NCBI GenBank assembly: GCA_964035545.1
Contig: OZ037768.1
Span: forward strand, 1,642,541-1,706,540
DNA: 64,000 nucleotides
Direction: 5' to 3'
Source: Bugula neritina
Lineage: Eukaryota > Animalia > Bryozoa
The notes beneath the pieces were generated by a model. The model was given only the letters and a program-made list of their open reading frames with translations. It was not told the DNA's origin and searched no databases. A program made the translations under genes and the position numbers. Shown here one piece after another: positions 38,801 through 52,300 of the stretch (within the stretch, counting starts at the first letter, position 1; each line of letters starts with the position of its first letter).

Positions 38801-41800
38801 TTACAGTCGACACGTGTTTTCACGTCAGTTAGAGTGATTACTTCCAACTAAATGAAAAATGTTTCCCACCAACTAAATTGCTGAGAAAAGGATGTGAAAC
38901 TACATATCAAAATAAGTTTGTTTGTGAATATTTTCCTCAGTAATAACACGAAGAGCTGATATTAAGTGACACAAGGCTGGTGAAGGCAATTGATTTGAAG
39001 GATGTGAAAGCCATTCATTTACTGAGCTCATTTATTTCTGTAACGATTTCAATGATTAACAATGTTGGCTATTGTTTTGCACAGAAATCAATATTTAAAG
39101 TTATGACCTTTGTATTAATGGAAGTTTTTTATTCCTGTTTGTTATTTAAAAATATTTAATAAATTTGCTTGTAGAGAACTGCAATCAACAGCCAAACTAA
39201 CCGGCAAATTTATGGCCAAAAAAATAGTAAGTGTTTAATTTACAAGTATTGTTGATGCAGATATCACCTTTGCATGCTACTTTGGCTGCAGATGATACCT
39301 AATGTAGTCATGAGCTAAATACTCTTTGTTGCAGGCATATCCTCCAGTTCTTCTAAGTTGCACGTAGGTGTTTCTAGTAAACAGTCTTTGTCCATGTATA
39401 AACCTTCTGCTGAGGTACAGAGTCTGCTGCAAGGCAATGCTTCCTGGAGCTTTGATATTATAAAACTTGAATCTCTCACCAACAAAAAGTAAGTCACACG
39501 TACATGTAGATACACAATTACATATACATACACCTGTACATGGCTAGCAGTCAATAACTTTGAGGTGGACTTGTAGCTTTCTTTTTACCACAACATCTCA
39601 TAGAGTAAAGCTTATTTTAATAGACTTCAAACATAGTATTAGAAATTCCAAAGTTCCCACTTTAAGAGTTGTCTGATCAATACTGCAAGTTGCTTAAAGC
39701 TGCTGAGATGTATAAAAATACTGAATTCTACTAAGTTACCACATAAGAGTCTAATTTCCAAATAAATTTAAATTTTCTTCAGCACTTTACTCTTCTTTTG
39801 GTTGGAGTATAAACTTGTTAATGATTTGCTAAAAGTTATAAATTGTTTCGTGATGGCCTGACACCACTTGACGCTAAGCTTTCCTGATTCAATTACTTGT
39901 TGACTAATCACTTGTAAATCAAGGACACATTTTGTGACATTTGCTAGTTTTTTACTTTGTCATGTAAAAAAGTAATATGTTATTGTATATCATCTCCACG
40001 ATCATGTGTGTAGATTCAAAGTTTTAGATGACATAGCGGTTTTTTATTTCCGGGTTTCCATAACTCAATAGTCGGAAATTCCATCTAAACTGTAAATAAC
40101 CACACACACCTGGGAAATTAAATCTAGGTGAACTTTGCTTGCTTAGAGAAAACTGTAACTAATATAATAATGCAGATATAGTGTATGCTTATTTTCCACA
40201 CCAAAAATATTAAGAAAGTGAAGTTTTTATTGCAAGTAACTTTTAACCACGAAACGGTAATTTAAAGCTGCAATAAATTTGCTTATAATTGCTACATGCT
40301 CCAAGTGGTTAAGAACACAAACTTGTAGCATAGTTTTATCACTTTCTTTAAACATGTATTGGAAAGGTTTCACAAGCTGCTATGAAATTATAGGAACTTG
40401 AAAAGTATTTTTAAGGCGAAATTACAATATATGATGCTGCACTTGAATAAGTTCTTCAATTTGTATTCTTTCCAGTGTACTGGTGCCACTTGGGATAAAG
40501 ATATTTGAAAGGTTTGGAGCAATGGAGTTTTTAGGAATTGATGAGCATGTGATGGCCAGCTGGCTAAAGCTGATATCTGATAACTACCATTCTGGAAACC
40601 CGTATCACAACGCCACACATGCTGCAGATGTCCTGCAAGCTACAGCCTATTTCCTAGACAGAATGAGACCAAAGGTATGCATGTATATTACTGTCTGAAT
40701 CAACTCTCTTTTGTTATATAATTTATTTATAATATTTTATTAATATAATAAATTATATGATATGATTTTTTATCTTTTTTAGTAATATGGCAAAAATGCG
40801 ACATCCTTTGCTATTAGGTTCTATAACCTACAAATTTGTATATGCTGTGTGATTTTATTGATATATTTGGGTAACACTTTTCTGCAAATGCATTGGCTAT
40901 GTCTGTATTATTTGAAAATTACGGTGTATATTCTTGAATTTTAAGCTCATAAGTTTTGAAAATCGGTCAGCAAACTACTATTTTAATATCTTACAATTTT
41001 TGTAATAATATTTATTATTTAAACTGAAACACCAACGGAATTTATATGACTTGATGACCTCATAACAAACAGCTGGCGGGTTTAAACTTTTTAGTATAGT
41101 ATCTCAACTTGTGTACATGACCTCGGTAACTATATGTCAATAACACCATTTAACACTTAGGGCCAAGCAACTTATCTGACTTATACTGCACAGGAAGTGA
41201 CGTCATCAATACTTATTATAACTTGTAGAAACTATTAGATGCACAAGAAGAGATCGCTGCCCTCATAGCTGCTGTGATACACGACGTAGACCACCCAGCT
41301 CGCAGCAGCTCCTTTCTAGTTAATACAAAGAATGACTTAGCTATTCTCTATAATGACATGTAAGTAACGGCACTCGGTTAGTGTGACAAGAGTTGCGAAA
41401 CCTTGTTTGGGTCAATATCTGATAGAACAAGTGACTAATTTCTCTTTTCTCTTGATTGGCTCATACCAGTTTAATAACCAAAAGTTTTCATTAAAAGACG
41501 ACTCCCAAATTTAGTAAATACCACAGTCTTTTGGTGAAAACGTTTGAAATTAAAAAGTTTTCTTTTTTTAAAGGTATAGCCAATCACATTTATCGGGGAA
41601 AAATAAAATTATTGATTCACCAGCAGTTTTCAAAGAAAAGTAAACCTATTAGAACATTAGACTTTGCCACATTTAAATAAATATATTTCTTATTTAGAGC
41701 TGTTCTAGAAAATCATCATGCTGCTAAAGGATTCCAGCTCACTCACAAGAGCGACAACTCCAATATATTGAAGAATCTAGACAGGTAATGATAATACAAC

Positions 41801-44511
41801 AGTGTTATAAGTTCCTTCAAGTAAACATAAGGATTACTAGTATACATTCAGTAACTAAGTTGTTTCATGTAAAAAACAGGAAATGTCTTATTAGTCATGT
41901 GCTGTTAGTCAATTTGATTATAAAAACTTGATTTTGTTTTTAGTCTGCAAAATCTAAAGTATTTGCATTCCAATACTATTATGTACTGCTCTTATATAAT
42001 CACCATAAACAGAGGGATTAACAGTTGATTACGAGAAAAGTGAAGATATACCTCCGCCAGTAAACATTTTTCATAGTATTTTACTGAGCTAGACAAATCA
42101 ATTTGAAGAGGTGTACAGTCAGCCAATATAAAGTTTTAGTTTTGCACAAAACGTATCCCCGACTAAACTCAAAACTGAAGACAACATGTTGAAAAATAAT
42201 ATTTTTGTTCAGTGAATTTTATTCGAGTATTTTTCATGAGTCAAGAAAAATCTTTATGATAACTTGTAACTTGACTTCCTTTGATTTCAAATATGAATTG
42301 AAGTATATATAAGTTTATAATCACAGTGAATAAATAGTTACAATAATATGTATAAGTGGCTAACTAATACATTTTAATTTAATTTAAATATTGTTTTATT
42401 ATTTATTTCAATTGTCGTCATTGTTGTTGATATGTTGCTAGTCTGTCTGAGCGAGTCATAGTGTTGTAAAAGAATAGAGTTTTATGAAACGTATTTTTAT
42501 TTGCATTCAAATGCATATAGAGGTCATCAATATTCAACTCGCACCTACATTTATGGTAAACAGACAACTCTTTGTTACACAACTATAGTGATCACATGAA
42601 TAATATGATGTCAAACGATTTTGATAGAGAAGTCTTTTTATTTCAGAGAAGTGTATGAATCCCTCCGACACAATGTGATAGACATGGTGCTGGCTACGGA
42701 GATGGCCAAGCACTTTGAGCACCTGCAGAAGTTTATTCACCTCTGCGCTGCCAACATTAAACCTGTCAGTGAAGATGATCTCGAAAAAAAGGTAGAAGGA
42801 CTTAAATAGGATTCTGTGCAGTTATATGAAATATGGTTTATTTTTTAATGCTCAGCCATCCATCTTAACTAAGCGTTCAGTAATGATCTACATAATTTAA
42901 TCTCGCACTGGAAACTTTAGCTGCAGGCATTTGCACAACAATAAATATTGGGGCCTTTCTAGTGCTCCGCTGGTCTAAATCTGTATATTTAGTGTAATAC
43001 AACCGTGTAGCTGTTAAAAGCTTGCAGTGATATGGTATGATATGCCAATGCCAATGCAATGCTAACACTACTCTGTGTGTATAGTAGAGTGTACCAATAC
43101 AATGCTAATACTACTCTGTGTGTATGGTAGAGTGTACCAATACAATGCTAATACTACTCTGTGTGTATGGTAGAGTGTACCAATACAATGCTAATACTAC
43201 TCTGTGTGTATGGTAGAGTGTACCAATACAATGCTAATACTACTCTGTGTGTATGGTAGAGTGTACCAATACAATGCTAATACTACTCTGTGTGTATGGT
43301 AGAGTGGCGGAAGCTCGTCAGCAATGGAATCTGGTCTCGACTCTCCCGAGAACCGCAGACAAATTTTACGCATGGTTATAAAATGCGCAGACGTCTCCAA
43401 TCCTGCTCGAGACACTCACCTAGCGGACAGATGGGCTCGCCGCATAGCAGAGGAGTATTTCCAGCAGGTGAGGGCTTGCGGGTCGTAGTAGATTAGACTG
43501 AGTGGGCCTACGTACGCTGCAGAATAAATATGTTTTGTAATTTGAATGGGTATGTTGTAGACTGAAGACGAACATCGGAAAAATCTGCCAGTCATGATGC
43601 CACATTTTGACCGTAACACATGCAGCATACCTCATTCTCAGTACAAGTTTATGGAAGTGTTCTTACTCAGCATGTTTGAGCATTGGGATGGTCAGTGTTT
43701 ACTTTAGTTTACTCTACGCTATGCCTTAATCTTCTCTACTCGGTATTACTATACACTGCACTACCTATACTCTATACTACTTCTACTACTCTACTCTACT
43801 CTACACTACCTATACTCTATACTACTTCTACTACTCTGCACTACTCTACACTACCTATACTCTATACTACTTCTACTACTCTACACTACTTATACTCTAT
43901 ACTACTTCTACTACTCTACTCTACTCTACCTATACTCTATACTGCTTCTACTACTCTACTCTACTCTACACTACCTATACTCTATACTACTTCTACTACT
44001 CTGCACTACTCTACACTACCTATACTCTATACTACTTCTACTACTCTACACTACTTATACTCTATACTACTTCTACTACTCTACTCTACTCTACCTATAC
44101 TCTATACTACTTCTACTACTCTACTCTACTCTACACTACCTATACACTATACTACTTCTATTACTCTACTCTACTCTACACTACCTATACTCTATACTAC
44201 TTCTACTAGCTACTCTACACTACTCTACACTACCTATGCTCTATACTACTTCTACTACTCTACTCTACACTACCTATACTCTATACTACTTCTACTACTC
44301 TACTCTACTCTACTCTACTCTCATCTACTAGATCTAAGAGCTGAGTTTCTATGTTTTATTTATAATAGGATTCCTAGACATTCCAGAAGTGTATGAACAG
44401 CTACAGAAAAACTATAAATACTGGAAAGATGTTGAAATACAAGAGAAACAGGAGAAGCAGAAAGCTGTTGCCACGGAGACAACTCCTGCTACCCCCGCTG
44501 TCTTGTCGTAG
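17853..44511 (+). CDS. PDE8: High-affinity cAMP-specific 3',5'-cyclic phosphodiesterase 8 (REC + PAS + PDEase catalytic domain), ~826 aa (~894 aa with optional exon)
   Basis: Exons 17853-17993 (MGCAPS...), [25415-25618 optional], 27036-27092, 27340-27530, 27686-27745, 28720-28771, 30280-30453, 31785-31919, 32772-32860, 33524-33612, 34369-34395 (micro-exon), 37327(or 37339)-37412, 38294-38467, 39175-39226, 39335-39488, 40476-40674, 41229-41359, 41698-41784, 42647-42791, 43303-43467, 43561-43690, 44369-44511; phase-consistent. PDE8 hallmarks: [88 protein letters not shown]. Confidence 0.95.
25415..25618 (+). CDS. Candidate alternative (cassette or alternative first) exon of PDE8, 68 codons
   Basis: TTTAG| acceptor and ACG|GTAAGC donor; 204 nt, open, phase 0 at both ends like the flanking exons; ATG at 25418. 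No recognisable homology. Confidence 0.55.
28841..28983 (-). mobile_element. Internally deleted copy of the tRNA-derived SINE found at 37493
   Basis: Reverse complement reads GGAAGAGCGGTGGAGTAGTGGTTAGAGTGCTAGCCTAGTAAAC...TAAATTGCTCCTGTGTC...AAAAAACCCTTTCCATCAGGGTTTCTCACAGGG. This matches the head and tail of 37493-37685 but lacks the B-box and core. Confidence 0.7.
31935..32057 (-). mobile_element. Second, partial copy of the GGTAAAAATGGCACA-repeat element (cf. 1540-1727)
   Basis: TGTGCCATTTTTACC tandem units ending in ...TTACCGGACATCC, matching the reverse complement of the start of the 1543 copy (GGTGTCCGGTAAAAATGGCACAGG). Confidence 0.75.
33635..33812. repeat. ~28-bp minisatellite (AATTCTATTGGCTTACAAAGTAACATAC, ~6.5 copies) just after a PDE8 donor
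   Basis: Tandem copies begin ~22 nt after the GT at 33613. Confidence 0.88.
35717..36200 (+). mobile_element. 5'-truncated non-LTR retrotransposon (L2/CR1/Crack group): ORF2 C-terminus, 3'UTR and (CAAA)n tail
   Basis: Translation [19 protein letters not shown]...HSINTR...LWNELP..LRS......FGRKLR* resembles the conserved post-RT tail of CR1/L2-clade ORF2. Ends AATAAAC(CAAA)n at ~36173-36200. Confidence 0.85.
36271..36754. mobile_element. AT-rich MITE with ~24-bp imperfect terminal inverted repeats
   Basis: TAGGGTTTCATCGCAGATAGACGCT (36271-36295) versus AGCGTCTATCTGGGATGACACTA (36732-36754). Confidence 0.7.
37493..37690 (+). mobile_element. tRNA-derived SINE
   Basis: A-box-like GTGGTCTAGAG and B-box GGTTCAAACC in a tRNA-like head, then a non-tRNA body (GGCCATTGGTGATGTTAGGAAG...). 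A second related copy lies at 28841-28983. Confidence 0.8.
43051..43306. repeat. 43-bp minisatellite (x6) whose last copy is the PDE8 3' splice site
   Basis: Unit CCAATACAATGCTAATACTACTCTGTGTGTATGGTAGAGTGTA. The AG at 43301-43302 of the last copy is the in-frame acceptor (SGGSSS...KCADVSNP). Confidence 0.95.
43745..44325. repeat. Composite C/T/A minisatellite (CTACT-based, ~38-48-bp units) filling the last PDE8 intron
   Basis: Repeats of CTACACTACCTATACTCTATACTACTTCTACTACT; almost G-free on the + strand. Confidence 0.92.
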
Positions 44512-46313
44512 GGCTGTGACGACCAACTGGGAAACCCACCTTTCATTCTTGTGATACGAACTTTCTCTTCGTGTATTACTTGTAGGCCATGTTGTACATT
44601 TTATGTAGGTGTATTATAAACTTATTTATTAAAACAATATACTGCGGAAGTTTTTAGTTACGTGGACATTTGTAACTGTATAATAACAGTAAATTCATGG
44701 TAGTTGTAGTAATATAATGTATATGCAGGAAGTGTAACTTACATTTGTAAGTTTGATCTACGATAGGGTGATGCCGTCTTATGAAACGTCTATTTATTCC
44801 CATAAAGCAATGGCCGTACTTACTGTTCACAGAGTAATTTATTGTATAGAATAGTCCTAGTCTTTTTATAGTGGAAGGTATGCATATAAAATACTCAGCT
44901 TTGATCTAGTTTGTTAGCATCCACTACTTGAGTCACGCAAGAATAAATCTAGGTCAAGTTAAAGCTTATCTAGGTCAAGTTAGATCTTACAGTAATCTTG
45001 TTATTCGTTAGTTCAATGGAAAAAGTTGACGCTTTAGTGACTTGCATAATGTTTTGATTTTTAACTTGGAACTTTTCAACTATTTAAATTAAGTAACTCA
45101 ACATTTAAATCTTTGAAGGGGGGTGACTCTAAACTTTTTCTTCTACATACGTTTTGTTCATAAATTATCTTTTATTTTTATTAGTACTTTCCTTCAAGTA
45201 TTATGTTATAGTAACGCGTTAGATTTTTGAAGAACTATATGCTAAGGTCTTCGTATTTTTTGAATCGACAAGGCAAATTTCCAGACTTAGAATCATATAT
45301 AAACTGGTAATTTGTGTATTTATGGTAAATTTAATAGTTATTGTTCACTTCACAGTCACCTTGTAGTATATATCCACAATGTTGAGTACGAGTGTCACTT
45401 TCTACCACCGTGAATGTGTAATTATAATCTATAAATATAATTATTTAAGAAATAAACTGATTTATTTCAACCCAGTTTACATAAAATCATTTGTTGCACA
45501 AATATATAGCACTTCACAATCAAGAGCAATAGTCTAAGGATTGTAAAGACAATAGTTAAAACATATTCACATTACAGGGAATATTTCTCAAATTAGAATA
45601 CAAGCATTCCTAATATTTACATAATTTCCTTTAAAATACATAAATTAGAAAGAAGAGATGAGAGGTAAAAGAAAGAAAGTGTCTAAAGTGAGATACTACA
45701 TACCTTTGGTAAAGATAAAATTAAGCTTTCAATAAGTGAAGTCATAGAAACATTCAATTTATACGTTAAACATATTATTTGGATGTTTTATAAAATACAA
45801 TCTAAATACACAATATAATTGTTATAAATTACATGATCACAAAATTATTTACTGATGCCCAACATAAGTTGTTTTGGGCATAAAAAATTTACAGAAATTA
45901 TACAGCAGAAATCTAATTGATTTAAACTGCTCAGCCAATTTTATTGGCTGTTATACTTTGACACTTGTCACAGTGTAAAACCCTGTAGTTGTACATGTTA
46001 CACTGTAGTGTTTGTTACAGTATAGCTCATATATATTACACTGTAGTACTTGCTAAAGTATGCGGCCATGTAGCAATTGATAGAATGCAACACGCCACAA
46101 ATAGTTACATTGTAAGTATAGAATACGGCGGCTATTGCATTGTCAGTATGAGTCGTCATTGCACAGTAAAAGGAGGGCTGCACTGAGTATCTGGAAAGGT
46201 TTATCTGTAGACACCAGTCGACATCTGTGAGCAGGTGTCATAAGTAGACATGGGTGATGATGTAAGCAGAAGGCTAAGTCAGGTGAGAAGGCAGGAGTTG
46301 TGCTGTCTCGTAG

Positions 46314-49300
46314 TTATCTGGGGAGATGATTCATAAACTTCTTAGTCATCTTCATCAAAGGTGCCATGGTTATTGATCTCACTGAAAACATCAACTTGAA
46401 TTAGTTGCAAGGAGACTGAGAGGTGATTCACAGGATATGAATGTATTGCTACCTACCACAGAGCACCATCCACCACAGCCCACCCACTCACAGACCACCC
46501 ACTCACAGACCACCCACTCACAGACCACCCACTCACAGACCACCCACCACAGACCACCCCCACAGCTCACCCACTCACAGACCACCCCCACCCACCACAG
46601 ACCACCCCCACAGCCCACCCACTCACAGACCACCCACTCACAGACTACCCACCACAGACCACCCACTTACAGACCACCCACTCACAAACCACCCACTACA
46701 GACCATCTACTCCAGACCTCCCAATATTGGTAAAGATGCCAACCAGTGAACGGCATAATAAGCTAACAGATAATTGCTAATAAGGAGAATGTATTTTAAT
46801 GACCCCACCCTATAAACATGACTAACATTCCCCTATGTTTTCCCAGGAGTGTAGAGAAGTAAAGTTTACCCCCAGAAGAGCTGCTCTTAGACGAGGTGCT
46901 GGAGCGAGTGGAGTTCTCATGCTGAATGAGGGCAGCTGCTCTCGCTGTGCTTTCAACGCTGCCGGTGCCAGTACCGTACCTGGCCTGCTTCCTCCTGACA
47001 TCTCGGGGAGGTTTGGGGGCGGAGCTCATGGTGTACGCCACCATAGACTTTCTCGCTACAAAGTATACGTGACAATGTGCCGATGTGTCAGTGGTGCGAA
47101 ATGATGAAATAATTAAAACAATTTGGTGGGTTTGGCAAACACAGATGACATAGCAACATTCCAGACAACTAAAACTATCAGCCATGTAAACTGCCGAGAC
47201 AATTGACGATGTAAAAAAATTCAACAAAACAAATACAACAGAATTTTGAAAACATGGCATGCTGCGACACCCAGTGAAACATTGTGACACTTGGTGACAC
47301 TATGCAGTAACACACACTGGCATGTAGTAACACGTAGTGACATAGAGTGACACGCAGTGACATGCAGTAACACGCAGTGACATGTAGTGACAGGCAGTGA
47401 CATGCAGTAACACGCAGTGACATGTAGTGACATGCAGTAACACGCAGTGACATGTAGTGACATGTAGTGACAGGCAGTGATAGGTTACCTTCAGACTGTT
47501 TTTGCTGCTCTCTGGCTGCGATCTTACTCTGCAACATTTCTAACTTCTTCTCCCGCTCATTGCATTTTCGCTAAATAAAAGAAGGGCAAAAATATTCAAA
47601 TAGGAGCCTACAATCTCACTAAACAGTGAATAGAATATAAACACTAGCTAATGGTGAGCTGTTTTCAACCTTGTGCAATGAATCCTAACTACACACAAAC
47701 TACATTCACTCACATCACACTATATGCAAGTTATATTCAGCAGTGCTGCATGAAATTAAGTGTATAACTAGTTCATTTTTGATGCAGTACATTTCTAAAC
47801 GTTCGTGACAGAGTTCGTATAACATAAGATCTATAAATGTATGTCCATGCAGTGGTACCATAACTCCAAATTTATGGTTTTATATGAAGAGGCACACAGT
47901 TTATTCCACAAGAACAGCTTTCTAATCTCACCCAGTAAAGATCTTTCCATGATTCCGATTTACCAGGTGTGCCACAGTCTTTGAATTCTCGTCTGCAGTG
48001 CTTTTCCCATAAAGACTTATTGTCATCAAGGAAACCCTGAAGAATTATAAGACAGCAACATGAGGGAACAAATTCTTGGAACTTTATGCAACTTTTAACA
48101 AACAGGCAACACACTATAGTGCACTATAGTACAGTATATTGTGTAACAAAGACACACTGTGATATAATATCCTGTGACATAAGTGTATAACATGTCACAG
48201 AATATGCTACGACACAATGTTATGGGACAGTGTGACATAGTGTAGTGTGACATAGTGTAATGTGACACAGTGAGCAAAGTGTGTATAAACTAGCAATACT
48301 TACAGGATTATATTCTTCTAGTTTGTGCAGTTGTTTAGGAGAGGCCTTAGTGAAGATCGGCTCAACAAGCATATACGGGGCGTTTCCAAGCTCCCCGATA
48401 TCTAAACAACAAAACCCATTATTTAGGCAACAAGCTACAGCACAGTCAGGTCTAGGGTACTACAGGAACTGCTCAAGTGTCACAACTTACCGTCAATGTT
48501 ATTGCAGAGGAACGCAATGCATTGCTGCTTCAACGACGGCACACAACCATTATCACATGGCAGCATCTGTGTGCCTTTCCGCTTGCCCGAGTACATAGCT
48601 TCAGTTCTAGAGCCAGCTTTCATGTCTGAGAACTCGAGGCCCCGATTTGATGCTGTAACGAAGACATCAATGGTATTAGCTAAAGACATCAACACTAGTG
48701 GAAAGCAATCACAAGTGATTAACAAAATATAACAACCAGTAAAATAAAAATAAAGGAAAAACATATTTGCAGAAAAATCGAATGACAATTTGACATTAAA
48801 TATAACATGAATTATATAAAATTAAAAATTGTTCCGCCAATTAAAATGATCAAATAGTAAAATTTGAAATATATTATTCATATGCATGAAGGTGTAACAC
48901 ATTAGTTAATGAGCCATAATATTAATTAGTATATAATGATGACAAAAATGATGAAAAAACCAAAAAAGCCAACCATAATGTTTTATGACACAAGTTATGA
49001 TCACAGCACACAAACATTAAAAATCTTAACATGTGTTCCGATAGGCACTAACCTAAAGCGTTAGACTTCTCATCAAAACCACAGGCTATTTTTGGTGAAG
49101 GTTTGTAATCAACCACCAGTTCTGGTAGACCAAATGAGAGAGGAGCAGGAGTCTAAAACCGTAGATGATAAGTTAGCATGAGACACACCCACTGTCTGGA
49201 ACATGCATTCACTACATCAGTGTGGTTGAGAAAAGCAAGCGTACTGTTTCATCGAAAATATACAAATAAGTGATTAAATAAAAAGAAAAGTTAGTTGAAG

Positions 49301-52300
49301 CAGAAGACAGATTGTATAGCTCAAAGTATGCATGGCTTACCTTGGACAGGGTGGATTTGGTGAGTTCTTCCGTTGGCGTCATTCTCTTTTTCTTTGTCTG
49401 TACAGGATATGGGATGCTAGACATGACCTCCTCGAATGACATCCCACTATTACCGTCACAACTTCCATCATCGGAATCAGAGAGTTTGCGCTTCTTACTG
49501 TCTTTAATTAGTTTATGGTTACTGCTAGAGCTTTGGGAGTTCTCTTTCTTTTGAAGGGGAGATCTCGATCTATGACGATCAGCCTTTGGTTTATCTGACT
49601 GGTCTTTACTACGCGACATTCCTTCTTTATGTGATCTACTCTTGTGAGACTCCCTGTCACTTTTAGAAGAGCTGCTTTTATCATAATCTTTGTCTCGTTT
49701 TGATGATTTGACTCGACTAGAATGTTTGTCGCTTTTAGACGTGCTGGCATTACCCGAGTCACTGCTATGTTTAGATAAACTTCTATCATCATTTTGAGAT
49801 GAACTTCTTTTGTGAGAGTCCTTATCACTTTTAGACGAGCTACCTTTGTCATATTTTAGTGATGCATCTTTGTTAGAATCTCTGTCACCTGAGTATTTGT
49901 CTTTTCTAGAAGAGCTACTCTTATCACAATCTCTATCTCGTTTGGATGATTGATGTTTGCTGTAGTCTTTCTCACTTTTAGCTAATTTATTCGAATCCCT
50001 ATTTTTTGAATCAGTGGATCGAGACGACTCGTCTTTATGACGGTTGTCCTCTCTGCGAGAGGAATGCTCTTGACTATGAGAGTTGTCTCGTCTTCTAGAA
50101 TCATCTCTTTTACGGGAATCTTCTTTGCTCAAAGACTTCTCAGATAGCTTTTTGTCTGAAGAAAGAATATTGACATTTTCACTGTATGATTTAGGTAGCT
50201 TCAATTCCTCCGAACTACCGGATACTCGTGAATGCTTTTCTGAAGTATTCTTATCATAAGAACTTATAACACCAGTTGAGTTCTTGTCAGAAGAAGGTTG
50301 TGAACTGTTGACCCCACCGGTGATTTGCTTTTTGGCCATTTCGATAAGCAGAGAGAGGTGAGACTGAAGTTGCTTAGGATCAGAATCTGTAGGCAATGGC
50401 TCCTTTGGCGAAGGGGTTTGCTCACCAGCAGATGAGTGGTTGGCTTTCAACATTTTATAATCTGCCAAGTTCAATGTTTTCTTAGGTTTCATTTCATCAG
50501 ACTTACTATTTGATTCTTTTTCCACATGCTTTTCTGTAGAACTAGTACTTTTGTGAGATTGGCTCATTTTTCTAGAACTTTCATCATTGGAGCTGGACCT
50601 TTCTGGTGTACGATGCCTACTGTGAGATCTTTCTTTCTTATGCTTCTTACTCTTATGCTTTGAGTTGCTACTAGATTGTGAAGAATCTTCTGGAAGCTCA
50701 TCAACGGCATCCGCAAAGGATTTAGCCACCTTGTTCTGGGCCGCAGCAGACTCTGGACTACCCTTCTCTTGTTTGATTGTCTTTAGGAAACTCTTGCTGT
50801 CCACTGGTGAACTCTCTGCAAGAGAACCAGACTGAGATAGCTTGGAGCTAACAGACTGACTACTGAAAGAGGGTGAAGAGTTGGAGCCATCTTTGTGCGA
50901 GTTGGTAGGTTTGGATTCCTTTAGCCCATCACCAGCGTTGGGGGAAACCTCAGCACTACCAGAACTCGATTTCTTACCATCTTGTTTTTCTTTCTTTTCA
51001 TGCTTCTTTTTCTTATGCTTGGACTTTTTGGCAGATTCTTGCCAATTGGGAGCAACTAAAGCATTTTCAAATGACATCGCATCATCTGTCTCTAACTTCA
51101 CAATTGGACTAGAAGTCTTTAGTAAATCGTCACAAGAATTTAAAGAACACTTTTTATTGCTTGCATCATATACAGGCGTTGATGGCTTTTCTTGTTTAAT
51201 TAATTTAACTTCTTTTGCTGAGACACTTTCTTCCTTAGCCACATCCTCCAGTTTCATAGCCTTAGGCTCACCATTGTAGTGGTGCGCCAACTGCTGATTA
51301 ATGCTGGATGAGTCAACAGTCTTAGAGACATCGCTCTGTTTATGACTCAGCGCTTTGGAGGTTATCAACTTCCACTTAGATACCAGATCCCTGGCAAACT
51401 CCCCTATGCGGCCATCATGCTTTCGAAAACCGTTCACAGTTTTACCTATACTGGTGCTCTACAAAAACCCAGTAGAAATATTCTTTAATCTATTAACTAG
51501 CAAAAACATTGTTAAATTAATCAAAATTTATGACCTAAAACATGTGCATTTGATCATGCTTAAGCTATAACATACAATCACCTAACTTGTACTGTATTTT
51601 ACATTTTCACACAATTGAAAAATAACATTACACTTAAATAATCTTGTAGTCTAACCGAGAAAAAGAGTTTACAAATTTGTATTAGAAAGTATTTATGGTG
51701 ACATTTTGGACACTCTATCAAATCATAAATGACTATAATACCAATAATAATAATAATAGGTCTACGAGCAATGTGTAATATAGATACATAATTATTTTAA
51801 TAGTTTAAAATTCTTTAGATGAGAGTTTTAACTTCAAAGATGACTGTAGTAGTCACTAGTGGCCAAAATATGAATAAAATTATTCAATTAGATTTGACAT
51901 AAAATATTTCAATCACAAACAAGCTTCTGCTAAATACTAATTTATCATCAAACTATATGTTCAAAATATTTGTAATTTATTGCTTGGGTTGTGCATAATT
52001 TAAAGGAGGAGAATTTCAAGCAAGTAAAGTACTGAATTATACCTTCAACATATCAAAAGTCATCTCTTTGATATCACCCAATTCCTCCAGAAGTGGTAAA
52101 ACCTGAAATTACAGCAGAGTACAAACATTATTACCCATACTGAGGATAAATTACAAGGAAAACACAAATACCTCAAAAGCTGTACTGTTTATTTGCTTAG
52201 GATTTGAGCAGTTATGAAAAAAATCTACATATTTGTAAATCAGTTTTAAAGTGTTGGAAATATTGCTTTGATCTTACCACCATATATTATTAAAATTAGT

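Noticed and set aside
43683-44396. 237-aa Leu/Tyr/Thr/Ser ORF
   Set aside because: Translation of the G-poor minisatellite in the last PDE8 intron, not in the PDE8 frame; the PDE8 frame stops shortly after the donor.
46391-47537. Repetitive ORFs (WVVCE, HRPPT, VTACH)
   Set aside because: Products of intronic minisatellites in ELOA; only the parts overlapping true exons are coding.
49312-51570. Antisense and alternate-frame ORFs over the large ELOA exon
   Set aside because: Shadow ORFs of a long low-complexity coding exon, with no independent motifs.
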